A DNA stretch of 64,000 nt. Source: Tubulanus polymorphus. Its lineage: Eukaryota > Animalia > Nemertea. The stretch spans positions 7,042,914-7,106,913 of the forward strand of contig NC_134034.1 of NCBI RefSeq assembly GCF_964204645.1, written 5' to 3'. This document shows positions 60,127 to 64,000 of this stretch, piece after piece (position 1 is the stretch's first letter; each line of letters begins with the position of its first letter). Below the pieces are notes generated by a model. The model searched no databases and was not told the DNA's origin. It was given only the letters and a program-made list of their open reading frames with translations. Position numbers and translations under genes: made by a program.

Positions 60127-60414
60127 ACTCCAGTGGTGGAATGAATTTCCGTATATACTTAGCTTAAACTCCGAAGTCAATATTAACGGTGTTTCCTAGA
60201 AAAACGTTATTTGAAATTATAAATTATTTCGAATGAAAAAATATTTGAAAAGGAAACTAATTAATGATTTACGGATTTTTAACGTAATTATATAATTTTT
60301 TATCAAATTAATAATCAATTAACATAGATAATTTTAATTAAATTCAAATTCAAATTCATTTCAGTATTTCACTCATCACTAAAAATTAATTTTAATAAAA
60401 TTTTTCCTTAATAA

Positions 60415-61666
60415 ATGGATGAGAAGATACCATGTGAAATTTGTGGTGAACTTCTAAGAAAAAATAATATGGCTCGACATATGAAAAAACATGATAAAAA
60501 TTATAAACCCCCTAAAATAAACTGCCAAAATTGTAATAAATTATTCTCAAGAAATTATGTTTAAAAACATTCAGAGAAGTGTAAAATTAATGACACAACG
60601 GTTAATGTTGATAGTAACGAAAGTAATAGTAATTCTGTTGAAGTTGAATCTGAAATTATTTGGAAAAGACCTTTCTTATTCTATGATAAGGATAATATAA
60701 AAGATTATATCTGTGAGCCTTGTCGATTAAAATATAGACCGGAAAATATAGAAGATTGGGAGAATTATCAATTTCGTAAAGCACATATAGATAAAATTTC
60801 TAATAAATTTGAAACTGAATTCAATGAAAGAAAAAATAAAATATTAGAAAAAATGAAATATGAGAAAACATTACCAGATAATGAAGAAACACTTAAAAAG
60901 TTGGAAAAACAATATAATGAATTAGTAAGAAAAACATATTATTGTAAATATTGTAAATTGATTATTACAACAAGTAATTCAAATCTACATAATAGAACAA
61001 TAAAACAAAGAAAACGTAACAAAATACCAAGAGCTTAATGAAGATTTATTACCAAGAAATGATAGAAAAAAATGTCCACAATGTATTTATGGGCACTTAT
61101 GACAAGAAGGTCCTGTGATATTTTGTAATGAATGTGGATGGGAAAAAATTTATGGGGTGATGAAAAAACTTGAGATATTCTTATAGAACCAATATTAAAA
61201 TATCTAGATGAAATTTTTAAGATATTTTCTATGGAAGATCGTACACCAGAATATAAGCAATGGCTTGAAAAAATGAAAATGATAGAAAAATAAAAATGGT
61301 GAAATAACTAAAAAAGATATAATAAAAACAATTATTCCGTCAACATTTAACACACAAGAAAAGAAAATGTATTTATATCTATTATTTAACGATTATTATA
61401 GAAAACCTAAATTAACAGAAGAAGATATGGAAAATATAAAAGAAACATTCAAAAAAATATTAAGATATTATGTGGATAATAGAATAACAGATTCAATTAA
61501 TTATGAATTCTTTTTAAATAAGATTGTAAATTTTTTAAACATCGATATTATAATTACATTTGATATATTAACAAACAAAAAGAAACAAAGAGAGCGAGAT
61601 GAAATGTGGTACAATATAGAACTTTATTTAAATGAGAAAAATGAAATGGAAGAACCTAAACAATAA
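60415..61666 (+). pseudogene. Multi-zinc-finger protein with C-terminal VLTF3 (poxvirus late transcription factor 3)-like domain
   Basis: CEIC..HMKKH, CQNC..HSEKC, CKYC..H, ribbon CPQC..CNECG, then PKLTEED..FKKI..SINYEFFLNKIVNFL..RDEMWYNI. Confidence 0.55.
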
Positions 61667-61722
61667 AACAAAAATGAAGAAACCAGTAGTGATTTCGAGT
61701 ATGATGATATTGATTTTATGTT

Positions 61723-64000
61723 TTAATAACCATAAGGTAATGTTTTTATTCCATCATCCAAAATATATCTTTTATCGTCGAATGGATTTAAACTAGTTTT
61801 TTCAACTTCATTAATGTACATCTCGTGATCTTCTGATCTTAAACAATTCATTTTATGTTTCATTACAATTGAGTTATATAAACACTTTATATAATCTTGA
61901 AATTCTATATGTTTGTCAACCACATGCTTTATGATTCCTTTTAACTTTTAAGCTTCATGATCTTTTGTTCTATAACTATACATTTTACTTCTTATCCCAA
62001 CGAATTCAATCATTTCATCACCCCCTAATTCATCTTTAAACTTACCAGGAATCTTTTATTATCATTGCTAAATAGTCCATGATCTTTGGGATAATTGCTA
62101 GAATCAAAATGATGTTTTAATGTTTTTAAGTCTTTTGTTATGTCATTTGTCTTGATTTTTAGTATGTACGCATCAAAAATTTTTAAAACATTTAATTTAA
62201 CAATTATTTATTCAATTATTTAAAAAAATATCAAACTATTAGATGTTTAAATCATTCAGCTTAATTCAATACTTAGTTGACTACTGACTTTCAATGTAGA
62301 ATTGTTACTCTTTTCACAGTTTTTATGTTTAATTGTTTGATAATGCTTTGATTTATGTGATCTTAAATATTTACCTCCACAATTACAATACACTCTTTCA
62401 TTAGGATTGAATTGTCTAAATTCATTATCTAAATCACATTGAATACCAATATCCTTATAAGAATTATTATAATAATCTAATTCACATTGAATTCCAATAT
62501 TTGATTTATTTTCATAATGAATAATTTGTTTATCAAAATTAAAATATAATTGTCATTTTTCAATTCTTAAGTCGGTTAAACCAGAACTAGAGTAGCAATA
62601 ACAAGGATCAACATTAAAATGATTCAAATTAACTTCTCTAAATTTTTCCAATATATCAGCCAATATCATAACATCTGATTTCAAGTATAAATCTACTAAT
62701 TCACCATGATTTTCTATCTAAATGATTCCAAATATTTAATGTTCTATTAAAAACTTCATCTTTTACATACTCCTCTTTTAATTGATCATAAAATTGTTCT
62801 TTTAATAATTCTGTTACAATAAAATCATCATGTGTTTTATAAAATGAATAAGGAATTGCGCCTTTATATCTCAATAATTTAAAATCTTGTTCATTTGGAT
62901 AATAATGTCGAGTTATTATAAAATCATTATCAACTAAACTTTTTGCTTAATTATCTAATGAACTTGCTAGAAATCTATAAGAATCTAAAAATCTAATGCA
63001 ACTAAATTGAAATGAAATATAATTTTCAGATGTTTTAGCTAATAGTTTGAAATCATATTTTCTAAAATTTGTACCATTCATAGCATTATATTCTTCTATT
63101 TTTTCATTAGTTGCGCCCAATTTTCCTGATAATTTTTTATAAATAGATGGGTATCATACCCTGATAAATTATGAAATAATATTGGTACGAAATTAACTTT
63201 CTTAGCTTGTAAATTACAATCTTCATGAGCAGCTCCGCGGTATTTTGAATTTAAATGGTCATGATCTCTAACTCTTTTATCAAATGAATAAAAACGTTTT
63301 TCACAGTAACGATAATGAGTTGAATAATTGAAATCAATTTCACCTTCTTTTGTCATAACTATTCTTTTATTTTTGTTTGATAATTTTGCAAAATCACATT
63401 CTATTTCAATTATTTTGTTACAAAAAGCATTAACTACATCTTCACCTCTAAGAGAAATATATTGACTTTCATATAATTCAGGATAATTTGATTTTATGTA
63501 AATTCCATAAGCAGCAGCTCTTTGGTGAACTTTTTAAATTCTGTTTATAATCGGTGGATCTTTAATTATATCTTCATTTAATTCATTTCCTTTATCCATT
63601 GATTTTAAAAATTGCTTTTTGTTATATATTTCTTTTCTATCTTGATCAGTTAATTCTTTATTCAACGATTCAAAATCCCCATAAATTACAAATGGAACAA
63701 TATTTTTAAATTTATGATTAGTAATTTTCAACTTACAATCTTTTTTTTGGCATTATTAATTTACAAAAATCTTTATTATCACATAATTCTTTATGTTTTA
63801 TTAATGTATTCTCAGTCATAAATTTAGATAAACATTTTCTACATAGATAAATTCTATTATGATGATCACTTTCTGTTCTAAAGAATAAATCAATTTGTTT
63901 TAACCACATATAATGTTCATTTTCATCTTTTTTGTAATGTAACAAATCTATAGCATTTTCATCATCATAATATTCTTTTAAATATAAAGCTTCTAATGTA
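61723..64000 (-). pseudogene. Protein-primed DNA polymerase B with endonuclease VII-like insert; polymerase core deleted
   Basis: VIYGDFES (Exo I), RDHDHLNSKYRGAAHEDCNL, FHNLSGYDTH (Exo II), FLDSYRFL, YLKSDVMILAD (Exo III); C-terminal GKFKDE..SKMYSY..KLKGI..DDKRYI..TLPYGY. Confidence 0.92.

Larger units (their letters stand above)
50165..64000 (-). mobile_element. Decayed Polinton/Maverick (adintovirus-like) endogenous virus, continuing beyond the window
   Basis: Very AT-rich compact gene array with pPolB, rve integrase, packaging ATPase and capsid proteins; termini not identified. Confidence 0.9.

Overview
AT-rich, intron-containing eukaryotic (most likely invertebrate animal) genomic DNA that is almost entirely mobile elements. 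The only clear host gene is cytochrome c (minus strand; coding exons 15677-15860 and 5058-5203; 109 aa; 10.5-kb intron full of TE and viral debris). 27618-42786 is a young Ty3/Gypsy LTR retrotransposon (minus strand; ~1.41-kb LTRs, CAAG TSD, tRNA-Leu PBS, -1 gag-pol frameshift) with a non-env third ORF whose ATG appears to be created by splicing. A BEL/Pao element lacking its 3' end sits in the Gypsy 3' LTR. The Gypsy lies inside a unit bounded by 490-bp direct repeats, which in turn interrupts one of two tandem copies of a 1.6-1.9 kb repeat. Several Polinton/Maverick (adintovirus-like) endogenous viruses are present: a stop-free pPolB 5' end at 1-974, fragments in the cytochrome c intron and at 46.4-47.3 kb, and a decayed ~14-kb copy at 50.2-64 kb (ATPase, integrase-chromodomain, major and minor capsid, small membrane proteins, VLTF3-like factor, pPolB). 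Most novel signals: a GC-rich structured ~280-nt putative RNA with two GGCGCC kissing loops in the Polinton, a second ~600-nt structured region near another Polinton, pox-like T-run/TAAATG gene starts together with a VLTF3-like gene, a 27-bp palindromic micro-element with an empty site, and the spliced zinc-finger ORF3 of the Gypsy. All calls come from reading the sequence by eye; no searches or folding programs were run.
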